DNA of 64,000 nt from an uncultured bacterium (lineage in GTDB: Bacteria > Patescibacteriota > Minisyncoccia > UBA6257 > GWB1-50-10): positions 152,420-216,419 of the forward strand of contig CAVYJB010000001.1 in assembly GCA_963768835.1 (NCBI GenBank), written 5' to 3'. Below the pieces are notes generated by a model, which saw only the letters and a list, made by a program, of their open reading frames with translations, had not been told where the DNA came from and made no database searches. Of this stretch, positions 8,516 through 17,561 are shown piece after piece. The position numbers were made by a program, and so were the translations under genes. Numbering within the stretch: the stretch's first letter is position 1; each line of letters starts with the position of its first letter.

Positions 8516-8947
8516 TTAGATGCCCAAGCTGCCGAGCTTCTCCGCGATCTCGTCCGATGCGGCCTCCGTCCGAGCCTTGTACTGTTTCCATGCGGCCGTG
8601 TCCCAGATCTCGACTCGGTTCATGAGACCCGCTACCACCACCTCCTTCGTGAGCCCCGCGTATTCCCGAAGATAATCGGGGATGAGGATACGCCCCTGCG
8701 TGTCGAAGCGCACATCTGCGGCACCCGCGAGCATGAGACGAACGAAGGCCCGGGAGTTTGCCTGAGCCAACGGTAGTGCGGTGATCTTCTGTGCCAGCGC
8801 TTCCCACTCCTTCAAGCTAAAAATAAAAAGGCACCGATCGAGTCCCCGCGTGATAATGGCGCCCGTTTCGAGCGTCTCGCGGAACTTTGCCGGAACGGCC
8901 ACCCGACCTTTTGGATCCAGATTGTGACGGTATTCCCCTAGTAGCAT
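8516..8947 (-). CDS. mraZ: Transcriptional regulator MraZ
   Basis: MLLGEYRHNLDPKGRVAVPAKFRE; two MraZ repeats. Confidence 0.9.
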   Translation of the reverse strand: MLLGEYRHNLDPKGRVAVPAKFRETLETGAIITRGLDRCLFIFSLKEWEALAQKITALPLAQANSRAFVRLMLAGAADVRFDTQGRILIPDYLREYAGLTKEVVVAGLMNRVEIWDTAAWKQYKARTEAASDEIAEKLGSLGI

Positions 8948-8974
8948 AGACCTTAGTTATCCCCAGAAATCGAC

Positions 8975-8995
8975 TTTATCCACACCCTTATCCAC
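8975..8995. promoter_or_regulatory. Two perfect DnaA boxes (TTATCCACA) 12 bp apart upstream of mraZ, with a near-match TTATCCCCA at 8955-8963
   Basis: ttatccaca at 8975-8983 and 8987-8995, read directly from the sequence. Confidence 0.4.
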
Positions 8996-9065
8996 AATTC
9001 CCCACTTCCACACACAAGTATACTTGATTCTCCCCACTCGTCCACCATCCCTCCCACGCGTGCGT

Positions 9066-9092
9066 AAGAAAAAATTTCCCAGTAAAACTGGG
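9066..9092 (-). terminator. rho-independent terminator after CDS 9145..9390
   Basis: Hairpin cccag-taaaa-ctggg followed by a T-run on the minus strand. Confidence 0.5.
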
Positions 9093-9144
9093 AAATTTGC
9101 CTTTCTGCTCTCTCGGTTATCAACAACTTATCACCACGAGATTT

Positions 9145-9390
9145 TTATGCCTTCTTCACCACCACGATCGTGCAGTTTGTGAGGAGCGCCGCTACGGCAC
9201 CAACCGCCGCAAGCATAGGAGCCAGGAGCGCGCCAACGGCTCCGATGGTAAGCGGCAACTCCATCACGGGGTCGCCCTTCTCGTTCTTGATAATGATCTT
9301 GCGGGCGTTCCCCTCCCGAATCAGCTTCTTCACCTTCCCCACGACCTCCTCGCTCGTCACCTTAAATTCCTCGCGCGTTTCGTGATCCAT
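9145..9390 (-). CDS. DUF4342-like small protein
   Basis: 81-aa ORF: ...GKVKKLIREGNARKIIIKNEKGDPVMELPLTIGAVGALLAPMLAAVGAVAAL... Confidence 0.5.
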   Translation of the reverse strand: MDHETREEFKVTSEEVVGKVKKLIREGNARKIIIKNEKGDPVMELPLTIGAVGALLAPMLAAVGAVAALLTNCTIVVVKKA

Positions 9391-9458
9391 ATGATTGTAG
9401 TTAATTGGATGGTCCTGATTGCAACCTCCTATTTTGGAGGTGTATACTGCGGAGGCAA

Positions 9459-9533
9459 GGGCGCTTAGTTCAGTGGTAGAACGCTCCGTTCACATCGGAG
9501 AGCTCACAGGTTCGATCCCTGTAGCGCCCACCA
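9459..9533 (+). tRNA. tRNA-Val (anticodon CAC), CCA encoded
   Basis: GGGCGCT / AGCGCCC acceptor, GTTC/GAAC D-stem, CTCCG/CGGAG anticodon stem, loop TTCACAT, T-arm ACAGG-TTCGATC-CCTGT, ACCA. Confidence 0.9.
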
Positions 9534-9549
9534 AAGAACAGGGGTGAAT

Positions 9550-11064
9550 TTACTTCCCCGAATTCAATACCGCACGCGTCTCCGGACCGACATAACCCTT
9601 CGGGTCAAGGCCGTGCGCTGTCTGATACTTCTTCACCGCAGTCCCCGTGAGCGGGCCGAAGTAGCCGGTGATCGGTCCGGAATATAGACCGAGCGCCGAG
9701 AGCCGTCCTTGCAGGGCGGTCACTTCCGCCCCCTGCGACCCGAGGTTCAGGAGTTCCGTGAAGATATAGGAACTGGCCGTACCGCTACCCGCGCTCGTCT
9801 GCGCACTGGGGGTGCTCGGGGTGATGCTCGACGCAAGCTGCGTGAGCGTGTTCGCCATAGTCTGGATCTGCGTTAAAATTTGCGCGAGCTGGCTCTGGAC
9901 GGACTGGATGGTTGCGAGGAGGGCGTCCCCCGAGGAGCTCTGCACCACAGTGGGCTGGCTCGTTACCGTCACGTAGAGCGTGCCGCAGCCGCCGGCGGTC
10001 GCGCAGACCGTGAGCGAGCCGGAGCCAGAGCTCTGACCATAGAGCGAGAGTGAGCTCCCGTTCACCGAGCTTTGGACGATATTCGGGATTGGGTTGGACG
10101 AAATGAAATAACTGGAACCGCCCGCGAGCGCAACGGAGAGGGTCTGGCCCACCGTGAGCGTGGGGTTCGTCGTGCTGAAGGTGACGGCCTGGCTCGTATT
10201 GGACGCGCCGACGGTGACCGTGAGGGGGCTGCATCCGTTCGCGCTGGAGCATACAGTGATCGACGCAGTACCGTTCACGAGCCCCGAAATCGTAATGCCA
10301 CTACCGCTCAGGTTCCATGATGCGACGCTCGGGTTGGAACTGCCGGTCACGAAATATCCGCTCCCGCCGGAGATGTTCACGGTCACGATCTGGCCGACGG
10401 CAAGCGAGGGATTGGATGGTATGAAGGACAGGTTCCCGCTCGTCGAGCTCCCGCCCGTGGAACTTCCCCCCACCGTGACGTAGAGAGTACCGCAGCTTGT
10501 CGCGATGTCGCAGACCGTGATCGAGGCGTTGCCGGTCGCGAGACCGTTGACCGTGAGGGAACTTCCGGAAAGGTTCAGTGATGCGGCGGAAGGGTTGGTG
10601 TTCGAGGAAATGGTATAGATACCGTCGCCGCCATAAATGGTTGTTATTTGGTTCCCACCCGCCGACACGGAAAGGTTCTGCGGGCTGAAGGTAAGAGCGG
10701 AGGTCCCCCCGGAGGAGGAAGTGGCCGGCCACGACGCCACAGCTGACGTCTGGTTGTTTACGACGACGTACGCCGTCGTGCCTGCGCTGATGCTGTAGGC
10801 AGACGTGCTCATGATCGTTGAGAAGGTGCCGCTTCCATTGGTGGTACCGAGCGTTGTCACCCGCTGACCCGATGCGCTGCCGATATTGTAGTAGAGCACG
10901 ATGCTCATGTTCGGATCGCCGTTCACGGATACCTGGACGTTATCGCCGCTCGTAACCGAGAGCGAAAGCGTAGGCGTCGCTGCGTACGCTTGAGGCACCG
11001 CGAAGGAACCGACTGCGACCGAAAACAGCACGGCCACCGCGAAGAGTGAATATGGTTGTTTCAT
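9550..11064 (-). CDS. Secreted repeat protein with three Cys-pair Ig-like repeats and a C-terminal peptidoglycan-binding (PG_binding_1-like) domain
   Basis: Signal peptide MKQPYSLFAVAVLFSVAVGSFAVPQAYA. Repeats ...GNASITVCDIATSCGTLYVTV / ...GTASITVCSSANGCSPLTVTV / ...GSLTVCATAGGCGTLYVTV. C-terminus LGSQGAEVTALQGRLSALGLYSGPITGYFGPLTGTAVKKYQTAHGLDPKGYVG. The longest ORF extends to 11106. Confidence 0.7.
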   Translation of the reverse strand: MKQPYSLFAVAVLFSVAVGSFAVPQAYAATPTLSLSVTSGDNVQVSVNGDPNMSIVLYYNIGSASGQRVTTLGTTNGSGTFSTIMSTSAYSISAGTTAYVVVNNQTSAVASWPATSSSGGTSALTFSPQNLSVSAGGNQITTIYGGDGIYTISSNTNPSAASLNLSGSSLTVNGLATGNASITVCDIATSCGTLYVTVGGSSTGGSSTSGNLSFIPSNPSLAVGQIVTVNISGGSGYFVTGSSNPSVASWNLSGSGITISGLVNGTASITVCSSANGCSPLTVTVGASNTSQAVTFSTTNPTLTVGQTLSVALAGGSSYFISSNPIPNIVQSSVNGSSLSLYGQSSGSGSLTVCATAGGCGTLYVTVTSQPTVVQSSSGDALLATIQSVQSQLAQILTQIQTMANTLTQLASSITPSTPSAQTSAGSGTASSYIFTELLNLGSQGAEVTALQGRLSALGLYSGPITGYFGPLTGTAVKKYQTAHGLDPKGYVGPETRAVLNSGK

Positions 11065-11106
11065 GGTTTTATGATAATCCTCTGTCTTTAGTGTTACAAA
11101 CCGCAC

Positions 11107-11508
11107 CTAGGCCGCAGCGCGACGGTCGGGGCTTTCCTCCTCTTCTTCCGGGCTCTCGGATGTCTTCTCTTCCCCATGTAGCCGCGCTAGGATGCTCTTT
11201 CCGCGCTCGGTCTTCGAAAGTTCCATAATATCGTCCTCGTACCGCCCTCGTGCTTCCTCCATCGCTCGCTGGAACGTCCCCGCATCCCGCGCGGAGGCGT
11301 CCGGCCGTGCGGTTCGATTCCGTTCCCATTGACCGAGCTCCTCACGGAGCATGGCTTCCTGCTCCTCGACATACTTCAGAATCTCCTCGTCGGTGTGGAG
11401 ATCCATCCAGCGTGTCCCCTCTTTGCGCCCCGGGACCTGCTCCCCAAGCTTCCCTCCTACCTTAGGTTGTTCCTTTATCTTCTCGCCAAATGCATTTTCG
11501 AATGACAT
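11107..11508 (-). CDS. Hypothetical acidic protein
   Basis: 133-aa ORF with an AAGGAG-like motif upstream; no recognisable domain. Confidence 0.4.
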   Translation of the reverse strand: MSFENAFGEKIKEQPKVGGKLGEQVPGRKEGTRWMDLHTDEEILKYVEEQEAMLREELGQWERNRTARPDASARDAGTFQRAMEEARGRYEDDIMELSKTERGKSILARLHGEEKTSESPEEEEESPDRRAAA

Positions 11509-11577
11509 GGCATTAGTATACCCCGCCTCTCCTTCGTTTCAACCTTGTAATCCCGTAATGGAAAAGTGGGATTTTTG

Positions 11578-11606
11578 TTGACTCCTCACACCTATGCGCT
11601 TATAGT
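11578..11606 (+). promoter_or_regulatory. Sigma70-type promoter TTGACT-N17-TATAGT for CDS 11647..12603
   Basis: ttgact 11578-11583, tatagt 11601-11606. SD GAGAGGGG lies before the ATG at 11647. Confidence 0.55.
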
Positions 11607-11646
11607 ACTCGCAGAAAATCAAAACAACATATAGAGAGGGGACGCT

Positions 11647-12603
11647 ATGTATTCGACAATAACGGGCCGACGTCTGCCGTGGTGGTACAGCCTTGGATGG
11701 GAAGTTCGCCCGCCCACGCTCGTGCTTCGCCTATCGCGGCCGTTCATGGAGTTTATCGAAGCGACAATCAAGCCGGACTCCCCTATCCTAACGGACTTTG
11801 TAACCGAGTATTCGCTCCCACCGTGGAAGAACACTTTTAGGGTAGGGGGCTCGTGGGGATTCGGACAAGCCTTCCGTATGGTCTCGGACATCAAACTGAT
11901 CTCGGGCGCCAGAGCATCTGCAATCTTTCATCTGCGCATCCCTCGCATCAAGAAGCCGACCGGGAAACCGTGTGAACATTGTGGAGGGAAACGAAAGGAC
12001 CCGTTCGACCGCACGCGGGAATGCTACTACTGCAACGGAACCGGAGATGGATTTGAGAACGACTGGAGAGCAATAGACGCTCTTGCCGCCACGCTCTCGG
12101 TATTTACAACCCTTGCCGCGCACTTCGAATCCGTGAACTACGGCTACGATAAGGAAGTGGCGGGGTTGGTCGGTACCCCTCAACTCCTGATACTCTCGAC
12201 CATCCTGAGACCGGGCATACATGGTGGGTCTCTCGAAGGAAGCTACAGCGCCGATCTCATCGCGTGGCTTTCCGAGAACGACGTGGGCGAAATCGCGGAG
12301 GCCGTCCAGGCAATGAAAATGACATGGCAGAGGTTGTGGGGAGGACCTTCCGACGATTTCGAAAATCATTATTTCTTCCGCGCAGGATGCTACCTCCATC
12401 CCCAGCAACTCCTGATCGATTGCCCGGGAAACGCCTGCGGGCTCCACCAGGGCACGGACTTCAACTTCAAGGGAAATATAGGCGGGTACGATTTCGATTG
12501 TCATAACGTCGATTCAGCCGCCCAGCAGCTCACTCTCATCACGGCTCTCGGGGCCATCGAGGACCGCGCGCGACGCGAAATGGTGCTTCAGATAGCCCCC
12601 TAA
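11647..12603 (+). CDS. Hypothetical protein with a DnaJ-type CxxCxGxG zinc-finger pair
   Basis: CEHCGGKRKDPFDRTRECYYCNGTGDG. 318 aa. Own promoter and strong terminator; no other homology recognised. Confidence 0.55.
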   Translation: MYSTITGRRLPWWYSLGWEVRPPTLVLRLSRPFMEFIEATIKPDSPILTDFVTEYSLPPWKNTFRVGGSWGFGQAFRMVSDIKLISGARASAIFHLRIPRIKKPTGKPCEHCGGKRKDPFDRTRECYYCNGTGDGFENDWRAIDALAATLSVFTTLAAHFESVNYGYDKEVAGLVGTPQLLILSTILRPGIHGGSLEGSYSADLIAWLSENDVGEIAEAVQAMKMTWQRLWGGPSDDFENHYFFRAGCYLHPQQLLIDCPGNACGLHQGTDFNFKGNIGGYDFDCHNVDSAAQQLTLITALGAIEDRARREMVLQIAP

Positions 12604-12609
12604 AACGAT

Positions 12610-12648
12610 CCCGCCTATACGCATGCGTATAGGCGGGATTTCCTTTTT
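12610..12648 (+). terminator. rho-independent terminator (perfect 14-bp palindrome plus T-run)
   Basis: cccgcctatacgcat gcgtataggcggg followed by atttccttttt. Confidence 0.75.
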
Positions 12649-12666
12649 CCGGACGGTCGCAGGCGC

Positions 12667-13038
12667 TTAAGCCAGCTCCGCGGTCGCGCCGACCGCCTCG
12701 AGTTTCTTCTTGATCTCCTCTGCGTCCTCCTTCTTCAGACCCTCCTTGATGTTCTTGGGGGCCCCGTCCACGATATCCTTCGCTTCCTTGAGGCCCAGGC
12801 CCGTCACCTCCTTCACTACCTTGATGACATTGACCTTCTGGTCACCTGTGGCTTTCAAGACCACGGCGTACGCGGTCTTCTCCTCCGCCGCCGCACCGCC
12901 GCCCGCCGCGCCGCCCGAGACCGCCATCGCGGCCGCTGACACACCAAACTTCGTCTCGAACGCCTTCACGAGCTCCGCGAGCTCGAGAACGGTGAGCTTC
13001 TCAACTTCTGCAATAATCTTATCGAATTTTTCGCTCAT
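12667..13038 (-). CDS. rplL: 50S ribosomal protein L7/L12
   Basis: [28 protein letters not shown]...[28 protein letters not shown]... Confidence 0.95.
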   Translation of the reverse strand: MSEKFDKIIAEVEKLTVLELAELVKAFETKFGVSAAAMAVSGGAAGGGAAAEEKTAYAVVLKATGDQKVNVIKVVKEVTGLGLKEAKDIVDGAPKNIKEGLKKEDAEEIKKKLEAVGATAELA

Positions 13039-13048
13039 GGTTTGATTG

Positions 13049-13534
13049 TTATTGTTTCGACTTTTGATCCATCACAAACAGCAGTTTCTTAAGAGGAACC
13101 GTGAAAAGGAATGCGAGCTGCCCCAGGAGCGCTTCGCGACCGGGGATCTGCCCGTACCGCATCACGTCCTCCGCGCTCACAAACGTTTTCTCCTTGAGGT
13201 TGAACCCCCCGAGGATGTGGAAGGTCTCCTTCCCTTTCCCGAACTTGTACACGGTGTTCGCGGTGTCCACGAGATCCTTCGGGGCATAGGCGACGCCGGT
13301 CTGGCCTGCGAACTGCTTCGGATCGAACGTCATCCCCTCCTTCTCGAACACGAGCTTCAGAAGCCGTTTCTTCACGACCGTGAAACCGCCTCCGATGGCG
13401 CGGAGCGCCTTCCGGAAACTGTTCAGCTCGTTGGCGGTCATCCCCGTGAAATCCGTCACGATGGCCGTCTCGCTTACACGGAGTTCTGCCACGTGGTCTT
13501 CCACTGCCTTCGCTTTTTGTGCTTTGGTTTTCAT
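13049..13534 (-). CDS. rplJ: 50S ribosomal protein L10
   Basis: [45 protein letters not shown]... Confidence 0.95.
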   Translation of the reverse strand: MKTKAQKAKAVEDHVAELRVSETAIVTDFTGMTANELNSFRKALRAIGGGFTVVKKRLLKLVFEKEGMTFDPKQFAGQTGVAYAPKDLVDTANTVYKFGKGKETFHILGGFNLKEKTFVSAEDVMRYGQIPGREALLGQLAFLFTVPLKKLLFVMDQKSKQ

Positions 13535-13759
13535 ACGATAAAAAACTACGACCTTTAGCCGTAGGGAGAATGCCGGAAATCCGGCGGTGTCCTCGGCAGG
13601 ACTTATGGATGCCTGCTGTCTACGGGCTTCTGGAACATAATACCAGGGCCTGAGATGGCGTCAAGGGATCAATTGACTTGGTTCTGGGCTGGTATAGGAT
13701 GGGACCAGAGAACGGTTTCACATCAAAAACCATAGGGACCTACAAACGAGGAGGGTGAT

Positions 13760-14209
13760 ATGAGGCGGCATGAAATGTTTGATGACCCAGCGACAAGGGG
13801 GGCTATGCGCTTGGTGGTGACTGCAATCCCCGAGCCGGACATCGCGAATCTCTTTCAATACGATTGGAGGTGCGGGGAACTTTACCTGGCCGAGAACAAC
13901 CCGACCCTTATCGCGGTTTCGACCGAAGGAGCTTCCCCCGCCACTCGAAGAGGGAAAGGGAAAATGTGTCGAGCTCTGCAAGCCGCTCCCCTGGGACCTT
14001 CCGATCGGCACGCGGATCGATATCGGCATGGGGGATCCCATTATCATCAAGGACTGCACGCTGGTCTCGCGAGACAGACGGGCTATTCCTCTTTCCATAC
14101 AAGGCCTCTTCGTCAACGGGACACATCTTGGACCTTCGAGATGGAGAACAAGGGTATCCTCTATGTAAACTACGATGCTCTTGCCCGTGCGGAAGACGTG
14201 CTCGCCTGA
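13760..14209 (+). CDS. Hypothetical protein
   Basis: 149-aa ORF with a strong SD GAGGAGGGTGAT before the ATG, followed by a terminator at 14233-14266. Overlapping ORFs on the other strand/frame are judged spurious. Confidence 0.45.
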   Translation: MRRHEMFDDPATRGAMRLVVTAIPEPDIANLFQYDWRCGELYLAENNPTLIAVSTEGASPATRRGKGKMCRALQAAPLGPSDRHADRYRHGGSHYHQGLHAGLARQTGYSSFHTRPLRQRDTSWTFEMENKGILYVNYDALARAEDVLA

Positions 14210-14232
14210 GCCCGCAGGAACGATCAAAAACT

Positions 14233-14266
14233 GCAGCCCCTTTTCCAGGGGCTGCAACTTTTTTAA
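14233..14266 (+). terminator. rho-independent terminator
   Basis: gcagcccc-ttttcca-ggggctgc hairpin followed by aacttttttaaa. Confidence 0.6.
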
Positions 14267-14285
14267 ATCGAGTGGTCCGGCTACG

Positions 14286-14549
14286 CTACTGGCTTGCCGG
14301 GGTCGATGTTACGGCCGGCGAAACCGTGGGACACTGGGTAGCCGACGCCGTTTGGTTCGCGCGAAGAATACTCTGGAGCGAGTGGAGCATACTATCCTCG
14401 TGCGAGATAACCTCCTGCGCTTGGTTCTGGACGTCAATATCGATGTACTGCACCACGAGGTAGAACCCCCAGAACGGCAGGATGCTGAAAATGACGATTG
14501 CGAGCGCCCGCGAGAACCACGTAATCTCCGACCACTTCGTTTTTGCCAT
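14286..14549 (-). CDS. Hypothetical small membrane protein
   Basis: 87-aa ORF with a TM helix ALAIVIFSILPFWGFYLVV. Weak support. Confidence 0.3.
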   Translation of the reverse strand: MAKTKWSEITWFSRALAIVIFSILPFWGFYLVVQYIDIDVQNQAQEVISHEDSMLHSLQSILRANQTASATQCPTVSPAVTSTPASQ

Positions 14550-14567
14550 ATCTCTATTATACCATTC

Positions 14568-15552
14568 CTAATCCTCCGGCCCGCCGAGCTTTTCGAAAAG
14601 ACCCCGTTTTTCCTCCTCAGAGTAGAAGGGAATGACGATCTTCCCTGGCCATCCTGCTCCACCACCCGCACCGGGGCTCCAAGGTGCTCCTGTAACCGCT
14701 TTTCCCAGAAGCGGGTTTCTGGGCTTGAGGGCTCTGGCGGCTTGGGCGCCGCGCTCGCGCGCATCGCCCGCACGCTCGTTTTTCCTTCTAAAATACGCCC
14801 GAACGCGCGGAGCTGCTCCCCGGCATCCGAGATGGAGAGGAGGGCTCGCGCCTGGGACTCGTGGATGCGCCCGGCCGAGAGCGCGTCCTGCATCGCGGGC
14901 GGAAGGTTCAAAAGCCGCATGGTGTTCGCCACTCCTTCCCGGCTCTTCCCGACCCGAGCGGCAATCTCGCGCTGGGTGAGACCGAATTCCTCCGCAAGGC
15001 GGCGTAGGCACGGGCCGCCTCGAGGGGGTTCAGGTCGCTGCGCTGGACGTTCTCGATCAAGGCCATCTCAAGCTTCACGCGGCGGTCGTCTACGCGCCGC
15101 ACGATGGCCGGCACGCGCTCGAGGCCGGCGAGCTTCGCGGCCCGAAGCCGCCGTTCCCCGCCACCAACTGGTAGGCGACTTCCGCGCCGGACTCGGTCTC
15201 GCTCATCACCTTCGATACAACGATGGGCTGGAGCACGCCGAACTCCCGGATGGATTGCGCAAGCTCCGTGAGCGCCTCCGTATCAAACTCCATCCGCGGC
15301 TGGAGCGGGTTCGGCCGGATACGGTCGACTTCGATCTGAAAAATGGATTCGGACCGGCCCTCGACGCGGGAAGGATACTGAGGACGCGGCACGACGCGGC
15401 TCGGGCGCCGACCGGGACGTCGCGGAGAAAGAACGCGGTTCCGGTCTCCAGCGCGACGATGGTTCCGCCGACACGGGTGGCGTCACCCGAACAGCGGGCG
15501 CCGCACCGGGGCCCTTCTTCGGAATGAGGGACTCGAGACCTTTGCCGGGCAT
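14568..15552 (-). pseudogene. parB: Chromosome partitioning protein ParB/Spo0J, interrupted by about four 1-nt frameshifts
   Basis: Four ORF pieces are consecutive ParB segments. 15283..15600: MPGKGLESLIPKK. 15090..15392: [29 protein letters not shown]. 14908..15114: [20 protein letters not shown], then [24 protein letters not shown]. 14568..15011 carries the C-terminus KIVIPFYSEEEKRGLFEKLGG. One frameshift is at a G-run near 15140. Confidence 0.75.
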
Positions 15553-15933
15553 GATGAATATATAGTAGTACGAAACGGGGTTAAGAAAAACCCCGCTCAA
15601 CAGCGGGTCCTAGAAAAGCCAAAGCAGAGGTGCGCGCAGGCCCTCTGTAGGCAAACAGGTTCCTTCCTAATCACTCGAGGAATATATTTGTAATAAATAT
15701 AAAGAGCAACTCGAGATGTGGAAGTACTTCTGGTCGCCCGAGAGTTCCCGTCGCTGCCTCTGCTCTAGCGAACGTGTACACGTGCGCCCGGCGCCTCCAC
15801 TTTCGCCTTCCCGCATGCGCGGTAGTGGCCACTACCTCACCTGCGTTCAAGCGTCTGCTTCAGTGCGAACGCCGAAAAATCATAGCATCACGGAGGATGC
15901 TGTCAAATCAGTCGCCCTGTGGACAACTAACAA

Positions 15934-16797
15934 TCACATCCCCAACTCCCCCCAGTCCGCGGCCGGACCGGAGCGGGGTGGCTCCGAAATCGGCCCCGGA
16001 GATGTCGGCTGCACCGTGGGGAACGGAACCCCGGCAACCTGGCCAGCGACCTCGTCCGCGAGGCGCTCGTAGGCCAAAGCTCCTGGCGAGAGCGGCGCAT
16101 AGAGCATAATGGGTTTCCGGAACTGCGGCGCTTCCGCAAGGGCCACGGAGCGCGGTATCTCCACGTCGTAGACATGGTGCGGGAACCGCCGACGCACCTC
16201 ACGGGCGATCTCTCGGGAGAGCCTCTCCCGCTTGTCGTACATCGTAAGAAGTCCCCCCGCGACCCGGAGCGGGTGCCCGAGGTTTATCTGCACGAGCTCG
16301 ATGGTCTCGAGGAGCTGAGCGAGGCCCTCCAAGCTCAAGTACTCGCACTGGATAGGCGCGATGACCTCGTCGGCAGCCAAAAGCCCGTTCACCGTCAGAA
16401 GGTTCAAGCTCGGCCCGAGATCCACCACGATGAAATCGAACTGGTCGCGCACGCGATTCAGGAAATTTCGAAGATAGAGTTCGCGGTCCGGCAGCGGGAC
16501 AAGCTCCACAAGTGCCCCGGCGAGATCCGCCGAAGCCGGCGCTACCGTGAGATTCGCGAGATATCCGGGTTTCAGGACGCGCTCGGGCGCCGCGCCCGCC
16601 AGAAGCGCATGGTAGATGGTTTCCTCGGGCCCGTGCGCGATGCCCATCCCCATCGTCGCGTTGAACTGCGGGTCAAAATCCACAAGGAGCGTCCTCTTCC
16701 CCCGCATCGCGAGATATGCGGAAAGATTCGTCGCCGTCGTAGTTTTTCCGACGCCACCTTTCTGGTTAAAGATGGCGATGGTGCGTGCCATATGCAT
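15934..16797 (-). CDS. parA: Chromosome partitioning ATPase ParA/Soj
   Basis: MARTIAIFNQKGGVGKTTTATNLSAYLA deviant Walker A; full-length homology. The ORF has a ~30-aa C-terminal extension. Confidence 0.9.
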   Translation of the reverse strand: MHMARTIAIFNQKGGVGKTTTATNLSAYLAMRGKRTLLVDFDPQFNATMGMGIAHGPEETIYHALLAGAAPERVLKPGYLANLTVAPASADLAGALVELVPLPDRELYLRNFLNRVRDQFDFIVVDLGPSLNLLTVNGLLAADEVIAPIQCEYLSLEGLAQLLETIELVQINLGHPLRVAGGLLTMYDKRERLSREIAREVRRRFPHHVYDVEIPRSVALAEAPQFRKPIMLYAPLSPGALAYERLADEVAGQVAGVPFPTVQPTSPGPISEPPRSGPAADWGELGM

Positions 16798-16867
16798 TTA
16801 CTATAGATTTTTTTTGTGGCAGTATCAAACCGTAGCGCTCTGGACCACGCTGCACATTGAGAACGTT

Positions 16868-16954
16868 GCCCGGGTGGCGGAACTGGCAGACGCACAGGAT
16901 TCAAAACCCTGTGGCCGAAAGGCCGTGTGGGTTCGACCCCCACCCCGGGCACCA
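16868..16954 (+). tRNA. tRNA-Leu (anticodon CAA), class II with a long variable arm, CCA encoded
   Basis: GCCCGGG / CCCGGGC acceptor, anticodon loop TTCAAAA, variable hairpin GGCC-GAAA-GGCC, T-arm GTGGG-TTCGACC-CCCAC, ACCA. Confidence 0.9.
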
Positions 16955-16964
16955 AACGCAAAAA

Positions 16965-16990
16965 CACCGGCATAAGGCCGGTGCTTTTGT
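16965..16990. terminator. Bidirectional rho-independent terminator between tRNA-Leu and the PAP2 gene
   Basis: caccggc-ataag-gccggtg flanked by an A-run and a T-run. Confidence 0.6.
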
Positions 16991-17000
16991 AGTAAGAGTT

Positions 17001-17555
17001 TTACTGCGGACCGGGCGGCGCTCCGGCGGTCATGGCGGGCGGCGCGTAGTTCTTCAGCAGCCAGCGAATCACCACGATGGAGATGAAGGCGAGCACGATG
17101 CCGCCCAAAATGTCCGAGGGCCAGTGAACGCCTGCCGCGACACGGGCAAGGCCGTTCACGAACGCGAGCACGGTGAACCAAAGGCCCCAACTCCGGTTCA
17201 GGGAATAAATGGCGAACGCGAGGGCAAAGTAAGCGGCCGCATGTCCCGAAGGAAACGAAGGCCCGCCTGCGGAGAGAAGCGGTGTAAATCCAAGGGCTTC
17301 GAATGGGCGCGCATGGGGGTAAACGAAGTGGATGATCTCCGTGAGAATCCCCCGAGAAAGGAGAATAGTGAGCGAGAGGGTGAGGAAGGCGAAAAGACGC
17401 GCCCGTGTCTTCCCTTGGAGAAAAACGAAAACGAGTGCCGCGAAGACGAGGAAGTAAGGCAGGTACTGCGCGAGGAACACGATGAAGGCGTCCCAGAACC
17501 CCGAGGCTCCGGCGAGTCCGTGGAGTATTTCAAAAACGGAGTTGTCCCAGACCAT
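17001..17555 (-). CDS. PAP2-family phosphatase (undecaprenyl-diphosphatase-like)
   Basis: PSGH and SR....HWPSD PAP2 motifs; polytopic membrane protein. Confidence 0.75.
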   Translation of the reverse strand: MVWDNSVFEILHGLAGASGFWDAFIVFLAQYLPYFLVFAALVFVFLQGKTRARLFAFLTLSLTILLSRGILTEIIHFVYPHARPFEALGFTPLLSAGGPSFPSGHAAAYFALAFAIYSLNRSWGLWFTVLAFVNGLARVAAGVHWPSDILGGIVLAFISIVVIRWLLKNYAPPAMTAGAPPGPQ

Positions 17556-17561
17556 AGCAAA

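Noticed and set aside
13718-14463. Overlapping ORFs 13718..14257 (minus) and 13864..14463 (plus)
   Set aside because: They conflict with the SD-preceded, terminator-followed plus ORF 13760..14209, which is preferred. All three lack homology, so even the chosen one has low confidence.
15763-15772. CGTGTACACG palindrome as parS
   Set aside because: It matches only the CACGTG-like core and lacks the flanking TGTT/AACA arms of consensus parS. It is kept only as a note within the spacer finding.
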